A stretch of DNA of 64,000 nt from positions 434,001-498,000 of the forward strand of contig NW_027272455.1 in NCBI RefSeq assembly GCF_040938485.1, in the 5' to 3' direction. Each line of letters begins with the position of its first letter. The stretch's first letter is position 1. The notes below the pieces were generated by a model that saw only the letters and a list, made by a program, of their open reading frames with translations, made no database searches and was not told where the DNA came from. This DNA is from Diadema antillarum (taxonomy: Eukaryota). This document shows positions 1-13,000 of the stretch, piece by piece. Position numbers and translations under genes: made by a program.

Positions 1-3000
1 TACTTTGAGGGCTATTTGAGACGACAGAGAAGATCTCGCTAGTACAATGTGTACCTCGATTAGAGTCCCCCTGTCTAGGAGGACCTCATGAGGACACCCA
101 GAGGACATGCCAGATGAAAAAGAGCATTTTTTATACAAACTCAGCAGGGGATGAGAGAGACACACGTTAAAGAGTCCCCAAGTTATCTAGCGCAACGTTG
201 GCGTACGTTTCTGTGAAAACCAGTTGGCAAGCCTTTCTCCTCCAGAGAGGCAGCAGTTTCTTGTGCACACATATGTGCACTCCGCCACAAACAGCACGGT
301 TCACCGAAGTGTGTGCCGTGTTCACCCCCAGAGACCGTTTAAAGTCTCCTCATTTAGCGCGAGTCTTCATAACTCTTGGAGGTTTTGCTAGACTCGAGCC
401 AGGCTATCTAGCGCGATCTTTACCTCAGAGTCACCCCAGCCTCACGCCAGACGCCTTGTGCCGTGCCATCGTCTGGGGTGAACACAGAACATCTGCACAG
501 TTTATATGACCACCGTAAATAATGCGCAATTCCACTGTAAGTGTGACTGGCTCAATTATTTATATTAACACTCCCTTCCAGTTAAGAAAATAAACAAACA
601 GGTGTAACACAAGGTACCACAACGACTATTTTAGATCATCTGAACGATAGGAATTAAGAAATCACACATGGTACGTCATTACTACAGTGACTTGAAAAGC
701 AGCTGACTTTACACACACAAAAAGAAACATTTTAGGCCAAATTTCACCTTTGCACAAGAAATGCAAATGCTGAGTTTGATCATGGGTCACAGATCAAGCT
801 TTAATCATTATTTCACAGTGAGTGACTTTGAACACAGCCAGGAAATACCCATACTTTCACTTTTAAAAACTTAAACGTGATGAAGTCCATGGAGAGGTAC
901 TGTACTTTTTTGCCCAATACATGTCAAGAAACTCGGGTATGGATGAGAGCTTGAACTCTCATGGTTCAAGGAGTGTATCAGAAAATGTTGCAAAACTCCA
1001 TTTTTGTTTTACTGCTTATAGCTGTTATTGGTATGAAGACATAATTTCCAAAGGCATATGAGCAAGAATTGAATAAAAAAGAACACACATAAGGACAGGA
1101 TATGTTAAAAAGCATATGAAAAACAGAGTATAAATTTGTTTTTATGTTTTTCCTTAGGGTACACTATTGAGAGAGACCAAAAAAAAAAAAAGAAATTTGT
1201 GAGAGCACCTGTTTTGAACAAACTGTGGCCGGTTTTTCTCAAAATAAATCTTCTGTGCTAGAACTCTGCAGGAACTGGACAATCTATACTGCAAGTGTTT
1301 ACCTGTGGTGTAAGGAAAAAAAAGTGTGAGCTACAGTGAGCCCTAAGAACCAGAGAGAGATGCTAAATGGGTCACCCTACCCATTTCCCCAGTTGCAAAG
1401 CTGCCCCTGTCCCTTCCAACGATCCCTTCTTACTGAGAGGTCACGTCAAAAAAGGCTTACCAATATAATGCATCATGAGCAGTGCTGAATGTGTGTGTCT
1501 GTCTTTTTGTGTATAAAACGTACATGTGTGTGTGTGTGTGTGTTTGGGAGATGGTGATACATGGCTGAGTTACAGTAATATTAATACCCCAAGACAGCAG
1601 AGTGTAATCAAGATTTCAATGTAAATGATATTCACTGGATGGATTAGAGAGGAGGTAGCGTTGCTCTGATGGAGGACTTTATGAGGAGGGGCCTGTGTGA
1701 CGAGCGAGAGTGGGTAAATTCGACAAGTGATGCTTTCCTGAGAAATCATGATGGCCTGGCAGAATTGATGCACCATACGAGTCTTTATGGGTAGAGGACT
1801 TGTTTGGAAATGTCAGCTGATGAATATTTTCCCACGAATTGAAGTATTTAGTCATATTTCTAGCAAATAAGTGTAAGGAGGGGGAAACACGATGGAATTG
1901 CTGTGAGTTAAACACATCAGAATATTAGTATTTTGCGTTCAATTTGTTGGGATTGAATTTGTGTATGTGTGTTTAAATATCTTTCATCCCTGATTTGATC
2001 CGCTTAGCATGCCAACTGATGTCAAAGGAAGTATTTGTAATATGATGTAGCAGGTAGAGGAAATATTAATTGTGTGCATAGTAAACAGACATACAACGTA
2101 CCATGCACTGAGGGGCTCTCGTTGAAATTGTAGATTCTGACGGGGCAAGAGGGATGCAGCCCCAAAGAAAAATATGCATTTTCTTTCACCAAGGAATCCA
2201 TGATTTCACTCATGGCTCCAAGACAGTGCATGATATGAATTATATGTTTTATGTCCCTCCAACTGATCATAAAAAAGATAGTAAATTTGTTGAAATGAAG
2301 ATGTTTGGATACTCTAGTGCTGACAATCTGTGTACCCCAATGGATGTGAATTACACAGTGGTCTGTGAGGTGGATGCCCATAGCATTAACACATGCTGTC
2401 AATGAAAAAAAAAAAAACATTGATCTGTCATTTATCAATATGACGTAATATTCATGGTATGGTGCGATATACAATAAATGTTACATCATGATATAGCATA
2501 TTTTTCTCCTTTGGCATTTTCTTTTCAACATTGGTCATCAACATCAAGCAATATTATGTTTGGTCACATGATGCTGTGTAGACCAATCACAGTACAGGAT
2601 TCCATTAATGAAGGATGTAATAGTTATTGGCCAAATTGATAATGGGAATAAGTATCACATTTGTGATACTTGTAGAGTATATGCAAAAGCTCTGTGTGTG
2701 TGTGTGTGTGTCACTCTTTTAGAAGGAATTTGGCATTGGAGAGGTAAAGGAAAATAGTGGGTTATTTGCCTTCTGAATTAAGATATCATGCTCTTGTCCT
2801 TGTAGATATCACTTTTATTTTTTATCCAGTAAAACATCTGTAAGAATAACAAAAGTAATGAGATAACTATCATCAGGTCTTATTGGTATCAAAAGCACAA
2901 ATCTGATCCCCCCCCCCTTTTTTTTTTAATCACAATTTAAATATTTGTGAGGTATTATTGATTCCACTAGTCAGAGCATCACAGTTAATTAATGAATGGA

Positions 3001-4154
3001 GTATCGGCAGTTTGGTACAGTGCATCAACCTTGTGTGAGCATCATAGCAAATTGACACTATTTGGCCAAAACCTCTGATGAAAACCAGTACGTGTACATG
3101 ACAGAGCTTTCGTGATTCATTATTTAGAATTCACAATTTGAACACATAGAAAGTAAAAATATTATGTTGATCTCAATTTCATGTGTTGCTGGTGTCATTG
3201 CCTCTGTTCATATTTCAGTTAATTTTGGTTTCTGTTGTGATTGAGCTTTGTGGTTTGTTTGTATCATATCTGTCAACTTTTCTGTACAATAAACTACTGA
3301 ACCAGTCATGGACAGGCAGGAGAATATCATCATTGGGTGAATGAACTAGTTCATGAGAAACGATTAAAAAAGAAGAAAAATATATAGAGCAGATAGAAAG
3401 ATAGATAGATTGTAAAGAGTTCCTTTTCAAAAGGATATATTCAATTTTAGCAGTCCAATACAGTAAACTCTTTGAAGTACTAAATTTCTTGTGAGAAAAT
3501 AGAGATATTGAGCAATGAAAACTTAGTTTTGCTCCAAAAGGTGCCAAATCCAGTAGGATCCAATGAGAAAAACTTGTGCTTGGGTGACCAAACTTTGACC
3601 TTAGAGTATAAGCCTGGCTGGCTAACTTTCCTGCCTGTATAGAGCTTTCCAGATGACCCACATAGTACTTGATTATTAGCTGTGAAATGTTTCATATCTA
3701 TGCATATACATTCTTTGAGAGATTGAGAAAACAGGAGAATGTGTAGAGATAATAAATCATCCCAGAAAAATACACAAAAGTCTCAAAAACTTGCCACTAT
3801 AAAGACAAAACACCATTTACACATTGTTCATCACTGTTAAAAATGTTGTTCCCAAAGGTGCTAAATCCACAACCCCCCCCCCCCCAATATCCATTCTTTA
3901 AAAATCTGTGTAGACACATACATTTTTCCAAGACACATTTTCTTTGTCCTGTATGGGGTACTTTTGTGGGACATAAAGTTAGTGCATGAAAACATTTACA
4001 AGCATGTGAAATATAAATCCATGTTTTTCTCCTTTTATACTATAAAAAGTAGATTTAGCACCTTTTGGAAAGGAACTCTTCATATACAAATAAAATGAGG
4101 AAAACTAGATCCTAGACTCATCTATTTGCCATCGCCTTTTCTTCCCATCTGCAG

Positions 4155-4303
4155 AAGGTGTCCCCCAAGTGCATTACTTTGGCCCCTGTGGGAAGTACAA
4201 CGCCATGGTCATGGAACTCCTTGGACCAAGCCTGGAAGATCTCTTTGATCTCTGTAACAGACAATTCTCCCTCAAAACAGTCCTACTCTTGTCGATACAA
4301 CTG
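4155..4303 (+). CDS. CSNK1G: CK1 gamma exon ([50 protein letters not shown])
   Basis: ctgcag|AAGGTG acceptor and CTG|gtaagt donor; kinase subdomains IV-VIa. Confidence 0.95.
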
Positions 4304-7004
4304 GTAAGTGTCAGCCGATTGGATGAACAAGTAGCAATACATCTCTTCCCGTTTCTGGGATATGCCATCTTGAAATAGGCTGTTAGAATAGTATATGTCA
4401 TTAAACGTTACTCCTTCCCCCAATTATTTATGTTTACAAAATCAAACCTCACATCAGAGATGGACTTCGTAAAACACTTTGTCAATTCCAAAAAAAATAA
4501 TAAACGTAAGTTGACAAATCCAGCAACCTCAGTGAAAGCCTCTGATATTTCACTAGTAGCTGTTTATGTCCTAACAAGAGGAACTGGGAGCTTCAGAAGG
4601 GATTCTTTATTTGCTCTTTTCTATCATGTTTTCCAAGGGGAAAAATACAAAAATATGTCTTCATAATCCATGTGTATGTGTGACAAACACATGCTGTATT
4701 CTTCCAGTCATGAAGCTGGTCATTTTCTACCCCATAAACTTTTTCCATGTCATGTTTTGTGATTTCATACCGAACGAACAGTCATTCCAGTTATATGTAT
4801 TTTCGACCACACCCAGTTTGACGTACACAAGTAGCCATAATGGCTACCCTCCCACATCCAGCTTCAAAAACACAATGTGAGCACACACCTCCTATCTCTA
4901 AATTGCAACAGTTTTCCTGTTTGCAAGACTCTCACTTCACAGCATACTCATGAGTCTTATTAACCCAATGAAGACTAGTCCTGATTATACTTGGGCAGGT
5001 GTCTGTGGGAATTGTGTGATAAAAAAATCAGCTCTTCCTCAATGGGTTAATACTCACCAGTCCTGACAAATGATTCTCTTGTGATTGGCAAGTTTTTGTC
5101 CACCTTTCCAAATTTATGGAGAGTGTCCCTCTGATTTTTAGCAGCCCATTGTATTTGCTGTAAATCAATGCATTTTTGTATTATGAGAATTCAGGTGGCA
5201 TATTTCCAATAGTTGCTTTATCAGACAAATCTTAAAGATGATGGTTTTGGATTATCATGGCATCTTGAATGCAAGACGAGTATGCACAAAAAATGAATAC
5301 AAACCTACACATGGTCTACATTGCCTAGTTGAATTGATTTATCATACATGTATATATTCAAAGACAGTAAATCACAGTTCACATTTTGCAGTATGAATTG
5401 AAGCTGAGAATTTGTGTATATTTCATTCAGTCAGTGTATTGTTATATTTGTATTATTATTGTTTGGTGTTTTTTTTTAATGGAGGGAATCTGGTGATGTG
5501 TATCAAGTTATTGCAATTTGTTAGGGGACTGTGATCATCTGCAGCACTTCTGCAAATAATTTAATTCTTTTTTTTTTGTCGTTATCTTAAATTGTATCAC
5601 AATATATCAGATTGTATAGATATTGCACATTGATAATATCTGTCTGTCTCTCTCTCTCTCTCTTTGTGTCTCTCTCGCTCTCTCTTGCTCAATTGTCTCC
5701 ACAGCTACACAGAATAGAATATGTACATACGAAACACCTCATCTATCGCGACGTCAAGCCGGAGAACTTCCTGATTGGCCGGAGCTCCAGCAAGACACAG
5801 GGCGTCATCCACATCATCGACTTTGGCCTGGCCAAGGAGTACATTGACCCCGAGACCAACAAGCATATACCCTACCGGGAGCACAAGAGCCTGACGGGCA
5901 CGGCCAGATATATGAGTATCAACACGCATTTAGGCAAAGGTAATATCAAGGACGGGCATTTGGAGAGGGTTTTCCGTAGACCAATTTATGAGGAGCAACA
6001 GGCATGTACGAAAAAGGTTACAAGATTTGGCATTTAGAAAGGGTCAGATCAATGTATGAGCTCATATTTAGGTAAGGGTATTAAGAAATGCCATGATATG
6101 TCAAAGGGTTGGGTGGACAGTTGAACATTAGCTTGCTTTATACTAGAAAAGGTTATGAAAACTGGCATGGGGGGGGGGGGGAGGAGTAGACTGACTGTAT
6201 GGGTATCTACATGTTATGAGGCAAGGTAGAAAGAACTAGTATTCTGAAGGGGTTCCTCCTATGTATGAGAATCAATACACAATGTTGGCCATAGATTTGA
6301 TGTGTATCATGTCAGCATCTACTCATTCAGGAAAAGGTAACATGAGATGTTATTCATATACACATGATGTCAGGCTGGTACATCAACAACAGGCATTTTG
6401 GGAAATGGTAACATTAGCTGTCATTTTACATAGCCAGGGAAGATGCTATGTGGCAATTGGTCAAATGTATACAGTACAGGAAAGATAATCAGGACCTACA
6501 CTATGAATTCATAGTTGGCTGTCTTGCTGGCAATGCAATGGGCTTTAGCTGTTTTGAACATGTCAGCATTGTATCTTTGATAGATTCGATTATGGCCTGT
6601 TCACTGTGCTTACAAAATGATGATAATTTAGTTTAGTGTGTTCAACAAGTCTTCCTTTAAATCATTTTCTTTCATGTTTTTTAAAGTTCTCTGATTAATG
6701 TGAATTTTACTGAAAGTCAGTCAGGAATGACAGTGCCCTTGCTGTTGTTATTGTATACAATTCTGAAGTGTTAAGGGGAGGGGGGAACTGATTAGTCTCC
6801 TGTGAAGAAGATGCTAGAAAATCATGTAGACATGTGGGATAGGAGGGATGTGTGCAGCTAAGACCGGTCTCTTCCCCCACCGTGCTCATTTTTTAGCTCA
6901 TCATGTTTATAATCGTCCCGCAGCCTCTGTTTATGCTGAGTGCTACCTTGTGTGTCCAGCAAGTCTCTAAAGTGGATGTTCTTTTTCTCTTGTCTCCATC
7001 TTTC

Positions 7005-7049
<45 letters not shown>

Positions 7050-10000
7050 GTCTCTTTCTATTTCTTCCTACAGAGCAAAGTCGGCGGGATGACTTAGAAG
7101 CCTTAGGTCACATGTTCATGTACTTTCTACGGGGCAGCTTACCATGGCAGGGATTAAAGGTAACAGCATCTTGCTTTCAACCCAACAAAAAGATAAAGAA
7201 AACATTACAATTCCTTGAATTTGCCTCTCAGGGCAAGACAAATACTCTCGGTTTCTAACTTAATGACAACATCCGTAGACTGTCACTACTTTCACTGAAG
7301 ACCGCTCTGTACCTGCAGAATCATATTTATGCCGGATTTACCATCTCTGTCACATGCCTTTCCCTGGTTTCAAGTCCATTCATTTTCTTCGGCATAAAAA
7401 CACAGACTGAAGAGCTATCACAACAGCAAATGTTACAAATGTCAAATACACAACTTCTCAAATGTCAAGCACGAGCCGGAAAATGTAGCAAACTGTTTTC
7501 CCTCCAAATTTCAAATGATGGTGGCATTTTGGTGGTAACAGGAGAACATGGGTCATATTTCAAGGTAAACAAGTCATACGATTGGATGTTGAGAAATGGA
7601 AGTATATCCCGTTATTCTTCCCTGTGTCATTCTGTATTTATTTTTTAGAGGCATTTGAAGGTGAAGTTGTCTTCCAATATGCGTTAAATAAAAATATTCT
7701 GAATTACATCCTGTTGTTAGATAATGATTTCTCCATCAGAGTCATGACAGAGATACCACACAAGTTTAAATCCAGCCAGTATAAACCTACCTACCACCAG
7801 GAAATGTTTTCTGAAAAAATGTGAAATTTTAAAGTGCCATATCTTCTTTATTTCTTTCCTGATTATTGTCATGTTTAAAATGTTCTGTAGGGATTTTTTT
7901 TTTGTCTTTCTTTTTGAGTTTATTTATTTTTTGGGTGGATTCCCTCGTTAATGGTACCATCCATTTCTTCAGATTATTGAGTTTGTAGATGCATGTGTTC
8001 ATATTTTTTTTCTTCATATTTATTTTTTCAATGTGTGCAACATGGTTTATCATTTTAGTCCGCCAAACGATGTGTTTGTGTGTTGGTCCGTTCCCCCCGC
8101 CCCCAGAAAAAAAAAAAAAACTCTCATATGACTTTGGGTATAAGATTATGCAGAATATTTAAGAGAAACTAACATTTTTGTAGAGGAAAAATGATCACTT
8201 ACCATGGAGCTCATGTCTCCATCACATGGCCTTAAAAGGACTGGACAATACTTTTGACAATTCCCTGACAACTTCAAGCACATCCTGTCTGTCAGCAGTT
8301 AAGAAACATGTTATGGCTAGGTTGATAGTAGCATGTGGTTTGTTATACTTCAGATAGTACAATGAATACAAAAGCATAAACAAAAAAAATTTCATCCTGT
8401 TTTGTCAATAGCAATTATCTTGCCCTTTTGTTGAATAATGTGATATACCTGATACCTTTTCAGGCCTCACTAGTAGGGGAAACATTTACACTAACTTAAG
8501 CTCTAACATCCTTTGTTGATACATATGTAAAAATGGGGGGGGGGGGAAGAAACCCAGAAGAGGGTGTTCAATTGTGATTTGAATCAACTTCTGGTGTGAA
8601 TTATCATTGGTATACCATTTTAGACTCAAGTGGTCTTGTTCCATAACTTATACCCTAGTGTTACCAGAGATTACAGTCTTTAATCTTGTGTAATACAAAG
8701 CTGCCAACCTCAGTGCATTTGAAACCCAGAGAAGCACTCTGAGAGCACAGACCTCCACCAAGCAGCTCATTTCTACCATTGATCTTGTTCTTCCATTTAT
8801 ATATCAGTGGTTTCCACCCATGTATGCGTGCTGATTTCCCAATATACATGTAGAAGCCTATTGTAAAACGTCATCAACTTCCAGCTACACGGCGTCCCTC
8901 ACCCTAGCAGAAACTAGAGCATGCACTTTAGTGTGCATATATGCAAACTTGAACTCCAAGTTCATTGACCCTACCTGCCAAAATATGGAAAATCCTTCAT
9001 AAAAGCCATAAAAATTCCCAGATCACTACCAAAAATTAATCATCTGTTCCTTGTGTTATTCTCAACCTTTCTTGTAAGTATCATCCAAATCCATTCACAA
9101 CTTTTTGAGTTATTTTGCATGCAGACAAACAAACAAACACCGGTGAAAACATAACCTCCTCCCTTGGCAGAGGTAACAAAATTGCAAAGATTGAGGTTGC
9201 CGTATTTAGGTAAACTGTAATGCAGAGCAAGAGCTGTACCATGCAGACTTGATATATGCCAGTCCCTTGGAGTGCTGAACCAGTGGTGTAGTTTTGGATA
9301 TGTCCGCATTGGTGTGGGTTTTCATTACAGTAAACTCCACGTAAGTCAACTGCGCATACAATGTTGAATAATCAGTGAAGTCAAAGCTAATGGTGAAGTC
9401 CAATTTTTGTGCATAGGCTTACGTGTATTATTCCTCCATACAAGTCCATTTTTCTTGATAGTCAACTTATCACCTAAGTCAATCAGTTTCTGAGGACAAT
9501 TTCAAAGAAAAATCATTAAATTTGCAACACCTATTCAAGTCTTATTGTGCCGCAAAGTGTAGTGAATCACTGTTAAACTGCACCATGCATTCATTTTGTT
9601 TACACAAAACTTAGTCTCCAGACTTGCCACAGGCTCGCCCAAGCTTACGCAAGCCAGCAGAAGCATAGAAGCAAATCATGAATGTTTGCAGCTTCATACG
9701 TACCTGTGCACACAAAGACTACTGCTACGTAAACATTGTTGATACACTCATGATAGTTTTCTTGGAAAGCCATAATAAGCCAAGAGTGAGTGAAGCTACA
9801 AGACAAGACCATTCCGATTCCATTATTTTCAGGCGGCTTTTGACGTGTGTTTAGGGGATGTACATCAGCTGGAAAAACTCATTTTCCTTATTTTATTGAG
9901 TTCTATTGTGTCCTTTGGGCTAAAGTTTTATCGCACTAAATGGCAACATGATTAAATTGAGATGCAATAAAGATGGCGTGATCCATGGTTCAAATCTTTA

Positions 10001-13000
10001 ATCTGTTGCAGTTGGGCACAGTTTAGTCTTTGAAATAGAAATTGAAAGGGTAAAATGCAATGAAAACTTTCACCATAGTTACATGATAAGTATCAGCAAT
10101 TTATCAACCAAAAATTTGTCAACCAACAATTTGTCACTTAATGAAAGGTAATTACAGACACTTTTTCATTTCTCATTGATGCAAGTAAGCTAAATGCAGC
10201 GTTGAAGGCACCATGTTATAAATGATGTTCGTTATTCTGAAGGTTTGCTATTCCAAAACACATGCATTCCCTATACCTGTGTAAATGTTAATCAGAAAAT
10301 GAAATGGGGTTCGTTAAGCCGAACATGAAATTTTACAGCATCATAGCAAAGGTTCATTATTCCGAAAGTTTGCTAATCCCAAAATGAAATATGGTTTCTT
10401 ATTCCAAAGGTTCGTTCGAAAGTGAAATGGGGTTAGTTATTCCAAAGGTTCGTTAGTCCAAAAATAGATATGGTTCGTTATTCCAAAAATGAAAAGAAGG
10501 TGCTTACTAATGAACCTGCGGGATGACAACTGTAAGCGATGCTGCACCAATTTCATTTTTCTTCCTGTTCTTTTTCTTCTAAATAGGTCCCCAGAAGTCG
10601 GGGTGCAACTAATAAATATACGCAGGTGCGTATATCGCTGACACTGCCATGCACTCCCGAGACTCATTAGCACTAACAGATGTGTATTTTTTTCGCATCC
10701 ATTTAATTTGCTTTTCTTCACATCATGTAAATGATGTGAAGTTTCATTAACATGCGACATGATCACATGTATTTTCATACCTTAAACACCCAAAATCCGA
10801 GGGTTCATTTATCCGAAAATAAAATTGGGCTCGTTATTCTGAAGGCTCGTTAGTTCAAATATGAAAAGAAGATGTCTACTAACGAACGTTCGGAATTACA
10901 AACCTTTGTTTTCGGATTAAAGACCTTCGGTATAATCAAACTTTTTTTCTTTTTCATTTTCGGATAAACAAAACTTTGGAATAATGGACCTTATTTCATT
11001 TATGGATTAACGAACCTTTGAAATAATCTTCACATCGTGTAGACGATTTGAAGATAAGAGTAATTAACGTGCAACCTGATTACATGCACTGTATTGTCAT
11101 ATTTGAAACATCCAACGAGCGTTGAGAATAACGAATTGTCACTTTTTTTAATCACATGAATACTCCGGCACTTTCTGTTCTGTTCATCAATACAGTGTCC
11201 TCGTACAATGCATGCTGTACTGCACAGCATACGGTGTAGATTATTTTAACCCTGAAAAGGCTGGTCTTACCTTAAAGGATCCCCCCCCCCCCAACATGAA
11301 CTGCGATTATTTTGTAACGCTTAAAGATTTCACGCTTTTATTTCATGACTTTTTTCTACCCTCTAGAGTTAAACAAAACTTTGGAATAATAGAACTTATT
11401 TCATTTATGGATTAACGAACCTTTGGAATAATCTTCACATCGTGTAGACGATTTGAAGATAAGAGTAATTAACGTGCAACATGATTACATGCACTGTATT
11501 GTCATATTTGAAACATCCAATGAGCGTTGAGAATAACATTTGTCACTACTTTTAATCACAAGAATACTCTGGCACTTTCTGTTCTGTTCATCAATACAGT
11601 GTCATCGTACAATGCATGCTGTACTGCACAGCATACGGTGTAGATTATTTTAACCCTGAAAAGGCTGGTCTTACCTTAAAAGATCCCCCCCCCCCCCCCC
11701 CCAACATAAACTGCAATTATTTCATAACGCTTAGAGATTTCATGCTTTTATTTCATGACTTTTTTCTACACTCTAGAGTTTTATGCAACTCTCGATACCA
11801 AATATGCATGCCCCGCTTACATGATTACAGAGTTATGTCACACTTTCACGTGGCATGTCCAGAAAAATTTGATATTTTGCATTTGTTTGTGTGTAAAGTC
11901 AATGGGAACTGGAATAAACACTGTTTATTGCAGATACTGTTTTCAAACTATATTTTCATTGGATTCTTTTCAGTCTATATTAATGTCATTTGTTAATACA
12001 AATAACTCTGCTAGATCACAAAACAGTGACATACATTAGACTAAAAAACAAAGAAATACTTACAAGTAACATCAAAAATGAAAAACGAAGAAATACATAA
12101 GGAACTAGTGCAAACTGTAGAAACACTGCATATATTCTTGATTATGCTATGTTTAGATTATTAGAGCTTGTTTATGATTTCTGTCATTCAAGTTTGCTTT
12201 GGATCATTCCATGATAAGATATGTACAATAAAAAGTACCCAAACATTCCATTTGCCAACATGATGTGTACTTAATTAGTCATATGCATATACATTAATTA
12301 CTAATTTGTACAAGTGTATCACATATTTCAAACATGAAATAACACAATTGGACAATGAACACCTTCTTTTTTGCATATAATAACCTTGATCAGGGATTTC
12401 TAGACGCATGAATATTTAAAAATTAAAAAAATTTCCATCTATACATAATTAATCAAGAATATCTGTAAAGATAAGAGGAATTATATTAATTTGACTATAC
12501 ATGTAGAAAACATAATGACCTGTGTGTATACTAGATTTGGTTGCAATCAGACAATCAACAGCTAAGAGCTCGGGGGGGGGGGGGGGGGGGGGGGGGCTTT
12601 AGGCCCCTCCCCCAATTTTTCCAGCCTCCAAAATACCCCAGTCTTTTTAGGATTAAGGGTAAGGGCCTGCCGATAGCACAACGACGCTCTTAGGTAAAAC
12701 AGCTGGAACTGAGGATTTCAGTTTTATGGGGTTCCGAGTATGTTTTCTTTTTAATGAACATCTCTTATTTGTAATGAAAGTAAAGTGAGAAATAATCATC
12801 TTCTTGCATTTGCAACACGAACTTTTAAGCATTAATAGGGATGGTTGTGTCTGCAGTGCAATCTGTGATCCTGCCAAGCTGAATCAGATTGAGTCACATG
12901 GCGTTCCCGTTCTATGATATGACAATGCTCATAAGTTGATTTACTTTGACTTACGCAGAAGTCGAATGTCACCAGTCCTGTGAAAGATCGACTTACGCGG

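Noticed and set aside
1-540. Repeat-like segment with recurring atctagcg/gagtcccc words, a ttccactgta end and a 103-aa ORF (198-509)
   Set aside because: Possibly a decayed pogo-like element, but no convincing TIR pair was found and the ORF has no recognisable motif.
3534-4068. ccaaaaggtgc(c/t)aaatc repeats at 3534 and 3851 with an inverted copy at 4052
   Set aside because: Probably an old MITE, but too degenerate to delimit.
1-4154. Search for the N-terminal CK1gamma exons (IGxGxFG, VAIK, QLHLEY)
   Set aside because: Not found on the + strand; they are presumably upstream of the window.
12572-12596. Long poly-G run (one of many G/C homopolymers in the window) as a G-quadruplex candidate
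   Set aside because: These are subterminal parts of MITE families, and homopolymer length is error-prone in assemblies.
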